From a virus, in the IMG/VR virus record IMGVR_UViG_3300044608_002890: a stretch of 64,000 bases of DNA. One strand, 5' to 3'. This document shows positions 10,092 to 18,589 of this stretch, piece by piece (within the stretch, counting starts at the first letter, position 1; every line of letters starts with the position of its first letter). The translations under genes were made by a program, and so were the position numbers. Under the pieces are notes generated by a model that was given only the letters and a program-made list of their open reading frames with translations, made no database searches and had not been told where the DNA came from.

Positions 10092-10632
10092 AAAAGCCAA
10101 TGCACATTATGTTGACAACAAGAAATTCTATGATGCTCTTGTTGACTACAGAAACCAAGTCATAGCTGCATTGAGCGAAGGGCGTGAAAAACCTCAGATT
10201 AGCAATTACCTAGGCGATTGTTTCATAAAGATTGCCACGCATTTGAGCTACAAGGCAAACTTCATTAACTATACCTTTAAAGATGACATGATCAGCGACG
10301 GCATAGAAAATTGTCTGGCGGCTGCTGATAAATTTGATCCCACAAAAAGCACCAATCCTTTTGCCTATTATACGCAGATCGTTTACTTTGCCTTTATTCG
10401 AAGAATTCAGAAGGAAAAGAAACAGCAAGCCACCAAATACAAGATCATAGAAAATCTGGATCTAGAAGATCTTTTGAACAACGAAACTGATTTAAATGAA
10501 TTCAATAACCAGTTTCTTGACTACATGAAGAAACAATTGGATCAGGTAGACATTGAAAAGCGCATCATCAAGAAACCAAAAAATAATGTTTTGGCAGAAG
10601 AAATAGATACACCCATTGACAACGACAACTAA
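10039..10632 (+). CDS. gp55: Late-transcription sigma factor (T4 gp55)
   Basis: HYVDNKKF, KIATHLSYKANFINYTFKDDMISDGIENCL, NPFAYYTQI..FAFIRRIQKEKKQ; start chosen at ATG 10039 after GAGGA. Confidence 0.95.
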   Translation: MMTTTTDTGIQPVEPSTKKANAHYVDNKKFYDALVDYRNQVIAALSEGREKPQISNYLGDCFIKIATHLSYKANFINYTFKDDMISDGIENCLAAADKFDPTKSTNPFAYYTQIVYFAFIRRIQKEKKQQATKYKIIENLDLEDLLNNETDLNEFNNQFLDYMKKQLDQVDIEKRIIKKPKNNVLAEEIDTPIDNDN

Positions 10633-10644
10633 ATATACTACAAT
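10616..10644 (+). promoter_or_regulatory. Sigma70-like promoter for the deazaguanine cluster
   Basis: TTGACA-17 bp-TACAAT upstream of queE. Confidence 0.7.
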
Positions 10645-10667
10645 TCAGTATATTCAGGAGATATATT

Positions 10668-11513
10668 ATGAGCAAGATTAAAATATCAGAATTATTCTAT
10701 AGCATTCAAGGTGAAGGTCGATTCATGGGTGTGCCCAGTGTGTTCTTGAGAACCTTTGGATGTAATTTTACCTGTGATGGCTTTGGCATGCCCCGAGGAG
10801 AAAAAAGTGACGAGCGAGAAATCATTGCACAACATGCGGATCAGTACAAAAATTATAAATCTTTGCCTCTGGTTACTACAGGTTGTGATAGTTACGCTAG
10901 TTGGGATGTTAGGTTCAAGCATCTTAGCCCTGTTGTGTCTGTTGATGTTATTGTTGATGCCATTCTACATATGCTACCTCATGGCAAGTGGACAAGTGAG
11001 CATCTCGTTATTACAGGAGGAGAACCACTGCTTGGGTGGCAAAGGTCGTATCCTGATCTCCTCTCGCACCCCGATATGGTCAATCTTCAAGAACTCACAT
11101 TCGAGACCAACGGAACCCAAAAACTAGAACCTAAATTTTCTGAATATCTCAAGACTCATTGGCGCAAGGGCTGGGATCGACTTACTTTCAGTGTGAGTCC
11201 CAAACTAAGTGTCAGTGGTGAGAAATGGTCGGATGCCATCAAGCCCGAAATAATCATGCAGTATCAGGAACATGGGTTTGTATATCTGAAGTTTGTTGTA
11301 GCCACCGAAGATGATGTCGCCGAAGCATCCCAGGCAGTTCAGGAATATGTTGATGCAGGGTTTACGGGTCCTGTGTACCTCATGCCCGTAGGTGGTGTTG
11401 AATCAGTTTATGCCATGAACAATAAAAATGTCGCGCTCATGGCCATGAAGAAAGGCTGGCGATATTCAGACAGACTTCAGGTGCCATTGTTTAAGAATGA
11501 ATGGGGTACCTGA
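10668..11513 (+). CDS. queE: 7-carboxy-7-deazaguanine synthase QueE (radical SAM)
   Basis: ELFYSIQGEG..MGVPSVFLRTFGCNFTC...CDS, VITGGEP, ETNGT, VSPK; clustered with folE and queD. Confidence 0.93.
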   Translation: MSKIKISELFYSIQGEGRFMGVPSVFLRTFGCNFTCDGFGMPRGEKSDEREIIAQHADQYKNYKSLPLVTTGCDSYASWDVRFKHLSPVVSVDVIVDAILHMLPHGKWTSEHLVITGGEPLLGWQRSYPDLLSHPDMVNLQELTFETNGTQKLEPKFSEYLKTHWRKGWDRLTFSVSPKLSVSGEKWSDAIKPEIIMQYQEHGFVYLKFVVATEDDVAEASQAVQEYVDAGFTGPVYLMPVGGVESVYAMNNKNVALMAMKKGWRYSDRLQVPLFKNEWGT

Positions 11514-11650
11514 TGCAACGTTTTCCGAGTTACTGTTGCCAAAAGTGTGGAGAACATATAGGTTGGTTAGGCAGATTTTTTAACGCTCTTTTACCCGGGT
11601 GGCACAAGTGTCCACCAACTGAAAGAGATTCAAACAATTGGGGTATTTAA
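11513..11650 (+). CDS. 45-aa Cys-rich microprotein (not in the ORF track)
   Basis: MQRFPSYCCQKCGEHIGWLGRFFNALLPGWHKCPPTERDSNNWGI; TGATG overlap with the queE stop and TAATG overlap with the folE start. Confidence 0.6.
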   Translation: MQRFPSYCCQKCGEHIGWLGRFFNALLPGWHKCPPTERDSNNWGI

Positions 11651-12384
11651 TGAGTAATAAACTAGTAGAACAAGCACCATATCATCCAGGCTACGAAGGT
11701 GCTGTGTTTGGTCGTCCCATGAGTGAAGTCATCCGTGAACGCATTCAACAAGGGCAGGCAAGATTTTTCGCCAATGACAACATTTCTCCATTTATTCATG
11801 ATGAAGAAGAAATCGATCGGTTGGTAGATGAAGTAGCCGATAAGTTTCAAGGCGTATTACGCAGTCTCATCATTGATACCAGCAACGATCATAACACGCA
11901 AGATACTGCACGTCGTGTAGCCAAGATGTTTGTTCGTGAAACATTCAGTGGTCGATATGCCAATCCACCCAAGGTAACTGCTTTTCCTAACGTAACAGAA
12001 TACGATCAGCTTTATGTCACAGGTCCTATCACTATTCGGAGCACTTGCGCGCATCATTTCCAAAATATTGTTGGCAGGGCTTATATTGGTGTTTTTCCTG
12101 GTCGCAATGTTATTGGGCTTAGTAAGTTTAATCGTATAACCGATTGGATTGCTAGCCGCCCACAGATCCAGGAAGAAATGACCGTACAGATTGCCGATGC
12201 CATTGAGCGCGAAACCGAAGCCGATGGTGTAGCAGTATTGATTCAAGCCGAGCATCATTGCATGACTCATCGTGGAGTCAAAGAGCATGAATCAGACATG
12301 ACCACCAGTGTCATGCGTGGCAAGTTCCGTGACGACCATGCCCTCAAGCAGGAATTTTTCAGCATTGTTGGAAAGATGAAATGA
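11650..12384 (+). CDS. folE: GTP cyclohydrolase I FolE
   Basis: DTARRVAKM, RSTCAHH, GLSKFNRI, RPQIQEEMT, AEHHCMTHRGV. Confidence 0.96.
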   Translation: MSNKLVEQAPYHPGYEGAVFGRPMSEVIRERIQQGQARFFANDNISPFIHDEEEIDRLVDEVADKFQGVLRSLIIDTSNDHNTQDTARRVAKMFVRETFSGRYANPPKVTAFPNVTEYDQLYVTGPITIRSTCAHHFQNIVGRAYIGVFPGRNVIGLSKFNRITDWIASRPQIQEEMTVQIADAIERETEADGVAVLIQAEHHCMTHRGVKEHESDMTTSVMRGKFRDDHALKQEFFSIVGKMK

Positions 12385-12884
12385 CGCAAGTCATGATTGA
12401 CCTAGAAACGCTAAGTACGCAATACAATGCCACCATACTTAGCATAGGCGCCGTAAAGTTCCAGGATCAAAGTATCCTGGATACTTTTTACGTAAACATA
12501 GATCCGGCTTCGTGCAAACAAGCCGGTCTGCATGTGGAACGTAAGACCATAGAATGGTGGAGCAAGCAAAACGCCGAAGCCCGCAAAGCCATCATGAAGG
12601 ACCAACGGTCATTGACAGATGCGCTCAAAGCATTTAGAATCTGGTATGGTAGCCAAAGCGTACCAACCTGGGGCAACGGAGCAGCATTTGATCTGGTCAT
12701 CATGACCAGCGCATTTCGCAGCATCGATACCGAACCTCCCTGGAAGCCCTGGGAAGAACGCTGCTACAGAACCATCAACGCCATTGTAAAGATACCGCAA
12801 GATGAACGGCAAGGAACATACCATAATGCACTTGATGATGCTCTGCACCAGACACGTCATCTCATGAAGATTCTAGGAAGTTAA
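12381..12884 (+). CDS. DEDDh-family 3'-5' exo(ribo)nuclease
   Basis: MIDLETL, ILSIGAV, WGNGAAFD, HNALDDALHQ. Confidence 0.82.
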   Translation: MTQVMIDLETLSTQYNATILSIGAVKFQDQSILDTFYVNIDPASCKQAGLHVERKTIEWWSKQNAEARKAIMKDQRSLTDALKAFRIWYGSQSVPTWGNGAAFDLVIMTSAFRSIDTEPPWKPWEERCYRTINAIVKIPQDERQGTYHNALDDALHQTRHLMKILGS

Positions 12885-12885
12885 C

Positions 12886-14175
12886 ATGTACGAATACGTA
12901 GCCAGTGGTACCAGCTATTTCAAGCTCATGTACCAGGAAAGTTATAGACGAGAGAATCTCGAAGTCTTTGAAAAGACCTTTGCCAGTCTCAATGGACAGC
13001 ATAAGCACAACATCAGTCTATTGTACAATGCCTTTACGGAATCCAGGACCGGTCCACGCATCAGAGAAAACTATGGATCAATGATTCATAGTGTGCATGC
13101 AGACTCCGGTGGCTTGCAGGTCATCACTCTAGGCAAGCAGATTACCCCAGAGCTCAAAGAGCAGGTCTATGCCAATCAGGCTCTGAATTCCACCATTGCC
13201 ATGTGCTTTGACATGATTCCAGTATCTACCCGAAGTGGCGATCGCAGTGGTCGATTGGATTTAGAAAATCGTTATTTTGATCATGACAAGCTGGAAGCCT
13301 GTGCACGTGAGACCGGAAAGAACCTAAGACGTCAGATTGACCATTTCGATGAGAAAAAGAGTCAGGCTCGCCCCATGCTCATTGCACAGGGCAACTGTTA
13401 TGACACCTACATGCGTTGGGTGGACTATATTGTTCAAGAATTAACTCCCTATCACATAAGTCGCATCGGCGGCATAGCCATGGGAGCTGCGGCTCTGGGC
13501 AAAGGTCCTCTGGAGGACATCAAGCGAGCATTTTACTTTACCAAGTTGCCCATTGAACTACAGAGTCCGCACATGCACTTGTTGGGCGTGGGCAGTGTTT
13601 ATAGACTGTTGCCCAACATCATATTCTTTCAGAACGGACTATACGAAGGCGTTGAACTAAGCTATGACAGCACAACGCATACCAGCGGAGTAACGCAGGG
13701 TCGTTATTACTTGACTGGTGATAGAGTCATCAATGGCAAGTATCGTACCAGCGAATATCAGTTGTCGTTCACCAGAACCTTTGACGATAACTATAGAATC
13801 GTCTGGGAAGATATCTGCGCAATCTTTCCGTTCATGTCTCGTTACAGTCTCAACACCTTTTATGAAGTTCTTCAGATCAGCGCTCGTGATTACGAAGCCA
13901 AACATGGCAGCATAGATCCCAGCATTCAGATCTATATTGCCTATGTCAGTGCCTGCATCAAGAACTTCATGCGGCACGTAGAGCATGTTACTGAGAGTCG
14001 TGAAAATCTCATAGACTTTGCTCGCGGTGATGACAAGAATGCGTTTCATTTTCTATACGAAGTACAAAGCACCGATGATTTCAATCATTGGCTAAACAAC
14101 ATAGGCAAGACCATTGATAGTGAACCCGTAGCTGTCTCACAATCAAGCGTCGATTTAATGGAGATGATGTCATGA
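12886..14175 (+). CDS. dpdA: TGT-fold base-exchange transglycosylase, DpdA-like
   Basis: TGT motifs in order: ADSGGLQ, FDMIP, AQGN, GGIAMG, HLLGVG, YDSTTH; no CxCxxC zinc site; within the folE/queD/queE cluster. Confidence 0.8.
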   Translation: MYEYVASGTSYFKLMYQESYRRENLEVFEKTFASLNGQHKHNISLLYNAFTESRTGPRIRENYGSMIHSVHADSGGLQVITLGKQITPELKEQVYANQALNSTIAMCFDMIPVSTRSGDRSGRLDLENRYFDHDKLEACARETGKNLRRQIDHFDEKKSQARPMLIAQGNCYDTYMRWVDYIVQELTPYHISRIGGIAMGAAALGKGPLEDIKRAFYFTKLPIELQSPHMHLLGVGSVYRLLPNIIFFQNGLYEGVELSYDSTTHTSGVTQGRYYLTGDRVINGKYRTSEYQLSFTRTFDDNYRIVWEDICAIFPFMSRYSLNTFYEVLQISARDYEAKHGSIDPSIQIYIAYVSACIKNFMRHVEHVTESRENLIDFARGDDKNAFHFLYEVQSTDDFNHWLNNIGKTIDSEPVAVSQSSVDLMEMMS

Positions 14176-14576
14176 ATATCCGTAGATGGATCGAAGTAAG
14201 TTTTCAGAAAGAAGGTATACACAAGTATCCTGCAGCAGCCGAAGATCCCAAACTAGCTACTGGCGGTTGGGATGATGTTAGTTTCCTGGCAAATCCACAT
14301 CGTCACATGTTCCATTTCAATGTTAGGCTCGAAGTAGAACACAACGATCGCGATGTTGAATTCATTCAGTTCAAGCGCTGGCTGGAGAGGCTGTATTCAC
14401 AGGGTACGCTGGAGCTTGATTATCACAGTTGTGAAATGATGGCCGAAGAACTAATCGAACAAATCATGACGACCTATCCAAATCGTGACATTGAGGTTCG
14501 AGTATTCGAAGATGGTGAAAATGGCGCCATACTGACTGCCAGTCGCGATCGTCAGTGGAGAATTGTTGAACTATGA
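14172..14576 (+). CDS. dpdL: QueD paralog (T-fold), DpdL-like CDG decarboxylase candidate
   Basis: EGIHKYP, LANPHRHMF (LxxxHRHxF), EFIQFKR, SCEMMAEEL, VFEDGENGA; a separate canonical queD lies downstream. Confidence 0.6.
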   Translation: MNIRRWIEVSFQKEGIHKYPAAAEDPKLATGGWDDVSFLANPHRHMFHFNVRLEVEHNDRDVEFIQFKRWLERLYSQGTLELDYHSCEMMAEELIEQIMTTYPNRDIEVRVFEDGENGAILTASRDRQWRIVEL

Positions 14577-14944
14577 TAGCCGAACCAATGACCGATGACT
14601 TTAGCATCGAAGGACATAAGGTTGTTAGAGTTGCCAGGAATTGGGGGCACTACAAAGTATTGCAGGAGTATCCTGGCGTAAAGGTCAAAGAACTTCTGGT
14701 TGAGCCCGGTCAGAGTCTTAGCCTGCAACGGCATTTCCACAGAGCAGAATTTTGGATTGTAGTTGATGGTAACGGTATGCTAGAACTAGACAATAAAAAA
14801 CTAGAGCTCAAGCCACAGACAACCGTTACCATTAAACCACTCCAATGGCACAAATTGTGGAACACCAGCAATCGACTTTTACGCCTAGTTGAGATACAAT
14901 ATGGGTCTGAATGTGACGAAGCCGATATTGAAAGGAAAACATGA
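14573..14944 (+). CDS. Cupin, type II mannose-6-phosphate isomerase C-terminal-like
   Basis: RNWGHY, VKELLVEPGQSLSLQRHFHRAEFWIVVDG, WHKLWN, EIQYG..C.EADIER. Confidence 0.85.
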   Translation: MIAEPMTDDFSIEGHKVVRVARNWGHYKVLQEYPGVKVKELLVEPGQSLSLQRHFHRAEFWIVVDGNGMLELDNKKLELKPQTTVTIKPLQWHKLWNTSNRLLRLVEIQYGSECDEADIERKT

Positions 14945-16020
14945 AGAACTTTTATATTGTGGACATTGAGCCCTTGGATAATAGGTACACCAAGCAATGG
15001 CGTACCTGGATTCCTAAGGTCGCCCAAGAGTATCTGGGCGAAGGGTTCAAAGTGGTGAACATAGCCGGCGAAGAAGGTGAATACAAGAAGCCCGAACCCG
15101 GCGCATTTTTTGACTTTTTAGGTACTTGCAAATACAAGGCCAGTCAGACCATTCGTATTGCCGAGCTCTTTGAGCAAGGCAAAGTTCGGGATGGTGATAT
15201 CTTCTACTTTACTGATGCCTGGAATCAGACCATTCACTTCCTGAAGTACATGGCTGAACTCAAAGACATACAAATCTATACTGCAGGTATCTGGCATGCT
15301 GGTGCCTATGATCCTACAGACATCTTGGGTGTTAAGATCAAGAATAAGCCCTGGGTCTATGGTTTTGAAGCATCTAGTTATTATGCTTTTGACATTAACT
15401 TCTTTGGTTCACATTACAATAAAAACCTTTTCTTGCAAACACTAGGGCTGGAATCCCAAGAAAGAGTACTAGGTAGATGTGTAAGTCCTGGAGCCTATTG
15501 TCTGGAATGGATTCGTGACCTTAAGAACGACCATGCCAAAGAGAACATAGTTGTATTTCCGCATCGGCTGAATTACGACAAAGCACCCTATGTGTTCGAT
15601 GAAATTGCTGCTGAAGTGCAAAAGACCAGACCTGATATTCGGTTCATCAAGACACAAGAACAGAACTTCAGCAAAGAAGAATACTATGACTTCCTCAAGA
15701 CCTGCAAGGTAATCTTTAGTGCCAACAAGCACGAAAATCTTGGCATTGGTACCTTCGAAGCCATGTGCTCGGGTTGCATTCCCTTGTTGCCTGACAAACT
15801 AAGCTATCATGAAATGTATGATCCAGTTTTCAAATATGAAGTTCAAGATAACCTTTATGACGTTGGTGCCAACAGAGAATATCTAGCACGTCGCATCATT
15901 TACTATGTTGACTACTATGAAAATTATAGAGCCGACTTAAATAATAACATCGATAGGCTTCATGACACCTATTTCAGTGGTCGTAACATGTTTGAAATTA
16001 TGAAAAGGACCTTTGTATGA
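14941..16020 (+). CDS. GT-B (GT4-like) glycosyltransferase
   Basis: C-terminal VVFPHRL..DK, HENLGIGTFEAMCSGCIPLLPD (E-x7-E nucleotide-sugar motif). Confidence 0.8.
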   Translation: MKNFYIVDIEPLDNRYTKQWRTWIPKVAQEYLGEGFKVVNIAGEEGEYKKPEPGAFFDFLGTCKYKASQTIRIAELFEQGKVRDGDIFYFTDAWNQTIHFLKYMAELKDIQIYTAGIWHAGAYDPTDILGVKIKNKPWVYGFEASSYYAFDINFFGSHYNKNLFLQTLGLESQERVLGRCVSPGAYCLEWIRDLKNDHAKENIVVFPHRLNYDKAPYVFDEIAAEVQKTRPDIRFIKTQEQNFSKEEYYDFLKTCKVIFSANKHENLGIGTFEAMCSGCIPLLPDKLSYHEMYDPVFKYEVQDNLYDVGANREYLARRIIYYVDYYENYRADLNNNIDRLHDTYFSGRNMFEIMKRTFV

Positions 16021-17036
16021 GAGCAGTAATTACGGGCGTGACCGGCCAGGATGGAGCCTATCTAGCCAAACTACTTCTAGAGAAAAACTATAAGGTCTAT
16101 GGAGCCTATAGGCGTACAAGTACTCCAAACTTTCATCGCATGCAAGAATTGAACATTCTTGATCATGAAAATTTAAAACTTGTAGAATGCGATTTGACAG
16201 ATCTAGGAAGTTGCATAAGACTTTTGGATCAGGCCAAACCCAAAGAGGTCTATAATCTTGCAGCACAGAGTTTTGTGGGAGCTAGCTTCAACAGTCCAGC
16301 AACCACAACACTCATCAATACCATGGGCCCGTTGAATTTGCTGGAAGCCATTCGTACCCTGGATCGCAAGATTAAATTCTATCAGGCCAGCACCAGTGAA
16401 ATGTTTGGCAAAGTACAGACTGTACCACAGAACGAACATACGCCTTTCTATCCTCGCAGTCCCTATGGTGTCAGCAAACTCTATGGACATTGGATTACAG
16501 TTAATTATCGAGAAAGCTATGACATTCATGCCAACAGCGGCATCTTATTCAATCATGAAAGTCCCTTGCGCGGTCTGGAATTTGTAACCAGAAAAATTAC
16601 CGATGGCCTGGCTAGAATTCACAACAGGCAACAGCAGGTGCTTAAGTTAGGGTTCCTGGATGTCAAGCGAGATTGGGGGCACGCCGAAGATTATGTCCAT
16701 GCCATGTGGCTCATGCTCCAACAATCCCAACCACGAGACTTTGTTGTATCCACTGGAACACAATACAGTGTAAGGCAATTCTGTGAAGCCAGTGCACGTG
16801 CTCTGGATTATGACCTTATCTGGGAAGGCAGCGGTGTTGACGAAGTTGGCATCAATGCCAAGTCCGGCAAAGTAGTTATTCGCATTGATCCAGAATTCTA
16901 TCGTCCAGCCGAAGTAAATACCCTGTTGGGTGATAGTTCCGAAGCTCGAAAAGTCCTGGGCTGGATGCCCAAGCATACTTTTGATAGTATGGTTACCAGC
17001 ATGGTCGAAGCTGACCTTCGACGCACTGCTAAATAA
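16017..17036 (+). CDS. gmd: GDP-mannose 4,6-dehydratase
   Basis: ITGVTGQDGAYLA, YNLAAQSFV, YQASTSEMFG, FYPRSPYGVSK, LFNHESPLRGLEFVTRKI, RDWGHAEDYV. Confidence 0.96.
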   Translation: MRAVITGVTGQDGAYLAKLLLEKNYKVYGAYRRTSTPNFHRMQELNILDHENLKLVECDLTDLGSCIRLLDQAKPKEVYNLAAQSFVGASFNSPATTTLINTMGPLNLLEAIRTLDRKIKFYQASTSEMFGKVQTVPQNEHTPFYPRSPYGVSKLYGHWITVNYRESYDIHANSGILFNHESPLRGLEFVTRKITDGLARIHNRQQQVLKLGFLDVKRDWGHAEDYVHAMWLMLQQSQPRDFVVSTGTQYSVRQFCEASARALDYDLIWEGSGVDEVGINAKSGKVVIRIDPEFYRPAEVNTLLGDSSEARKVLGWMPKHTFDSMVTSMVEADLRRTAK

Positions 17037-17040
17037 CAGA

Positions 17041-17110
17041 AGCGGCCTTAAGACGCTCATCCCGCTCTATAAATTCTGCGTGTCATCAAACTTACTCCAA
17101 GAGGCAAGAG
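17041..17110 (+). promoter_or_regulatory. Candidate preQ1-I-like riboswitch in the queD leader
   Basis: P1 AGCGG/CCGCT, loop ending CATC, A-rich tail CTATAAATT, loop ACGC can pair with tail GCGT (H-type pseudoknot); downstream CTT-CTC/GAG-AAG hairpin covers the SD. Confidence 0.5.
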
Positions 17111-17617
17111 ATGGCTTTAATAAATACATCACATCCTTACAAATACGTTAGTACCAAAGAATATCATGATGCATTTCCCTGCGCATATCGCCAATGGCGA
17201 GCCGACAGTCATTGCAACATGATTCATGGTTATAGTTTTAGCATGAAATTTTACTTTGGTACCGATGATCTCGATGTTCGTAACTGGGCAGCTGATTATG
17301 GCGGCCTAAAAGAACTAAAAAAGATTCTCGAAGACCAATTCGATCATACCCTGTTGGTTGCCGAAGATGATCCTGAACTAGAAACCTTTAAACTCCTGCA
17401 AGCCAAGAAGATGGCTAAACTAACTATACTACCAAGACTGGGTTGTGAAGGTTTGGCTGATATGTTATATAAGTATGTCAATGGTGTTTATATACCAGAT
17501 ATGTGGGGCCTGGGCGAACACAATCGCTTATGGTGTTTCCGAGTAGAAGTTCGCGAAACACAAGCCAACATGGCCTATCGTGAAGGTCACAGACATTGGA
17601 ACGAACAACTACTCTAA
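17111..17617 (+). CDS. queD: 6-carboxy-5,6,7,8-tetrahydropterin synthase QueD
   Basis: CAYRQWRADSHCNMIHGY, DYGGLK, FDHTLL, EGLA, VEVRETQAN. Confidence 0.9.
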   Translation: MALINTSHPYKYVSTKEYHDAFPCAYRQWRADSHCNMIHGYSFSMKFYFGTDDLDVRNWAADYGGLKELKKILEDQFDHTLLVAEDDPELETFKLLQAKKMAKLTILPRLGCEGLADMLYKYVNGVYIPDMWGLGEHNRLWCFRVEVRETQANMAYREGHRHWNEQLL

Positions 17618-17626
17618 GGAACCATT

Positions 17627-18250
17627 ATGCTCAGTAAATTATTAGACGGTGTAGATCGAAGTTTAGTATATAAGTTGATGGCAGCTCATGTCATCATCAT
17701 AGCCATTAGCAATTACATAGTTCAGTTCAAGATCGATGTCCTGGGGCATCCTCTGGCTCTGGCTGCGTTTACTTTCCCTCTGGTTGTTGTTCTTACTGAC
17801 CTAACAGTTAGGTTGCTGGGCAAACAGACCGGTAGAGCTGTCATTGGTCTGGCGTTCATCCCTGCTATCCTGGTCAGCATGGCTGTTGTTAAACTAGGCG
17901 GCGCACCAGACTCAGTGGCATTCAGAATTGGCTTGGGCAGTGGCATGGCCTATTTTGTAAGCAATCTGCTGGATGTCTATGTGTTCCAATACTTCAGAGA
18001 AAAGTATACATCATGGTGGATTGCTCCTGCTTTAAGTTGCATAGTCAGTACTTTTATTGACACCTATGTATTCTTCTTTACGGCCTTTGCCTATGGCGCC
18101 AACGAATTCATGGCAGCAAATTGGCACATTGTAGCGACCAACAATAGTTGGGCAAAGATTTTAGTCAGCCTCCTGGTCATTTTACCATCATATGGCATCT
18201 TGCTGAGCCATTTGCAAAAGAAATTGAGCCATGAGCAAGCAACAGCATAA
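17627..18250 (+). CDS. yhhQ: Queuosine-precursor transporter YhhQ (Vut_1 family)
   Basis: Multi-pass membrane protein; AISNYIVQ, AFTFPLVVVLTDLTVRLLG, VSNLLDVYVF, STFIDTYVFF; follows queD. Confidence 0.85.
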   Translation: MLSKLLDGVDRSLVYKLMAAHVIIIAISNYIVQFKIDVLGHPLALAAFTFPLVVVLTDLTVRLLGKQTGRAVIGLAFIPAILVSMAVVKLGGAPDSVAFRIGLGSGMAYFVSNLLDVYVFQYFREKYTSWWIAPALSCIVSTFIDTYVFFFTAFAYGANEFMAANWHIVATNNSWAKILVSLLVILPSYGILLSHLQKKLSHEQATA

Positions 18251-18584
18251 CGTTAAATGGGAACGTTACGACACCATTAACTTTGTTGCTGACCAAGAAG
18301 TTTTGGTCAGCAATACCCGTGAGTACGTTGATCGTGCCTATGATTTTTGTCGTAACAATAACATAGACAATCCTTCGGCCATCATAAGTTGTGCAATCAT
18401 GACGGCTGCTTGGGTGTATAGCAACATGGGCTATGTTCTGAGCAAAGGCATCATACCAGACATTCTGGGTCTCAAAGAATATGAACCCAATCCCAATGCC
18501 GTCATACATCTAAGCAAGAAGTACCAGGATATGTCGCACGATGAATTGCTGGCATGTGTCATAGAAGCTTTTTATGAAGGATAA
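18231..18584 (+). CDS. Hypothetical protein
   Basis: 117-aa ORF coupled to neighbours; no motif recognised. Confidence 0.5.
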   Translation: MSKQQHNVKWERYDTINFVADQEVLVSNTREYVDRAYDFCRNNNIDNPSAIISCAIMTAAWVYSNMGYVLSKGIIPDILGLKEYEPNPNAVIHLSKKYQDMSHDELLACVIEAFYEG

Positions 18585-18589
18585 AGATC

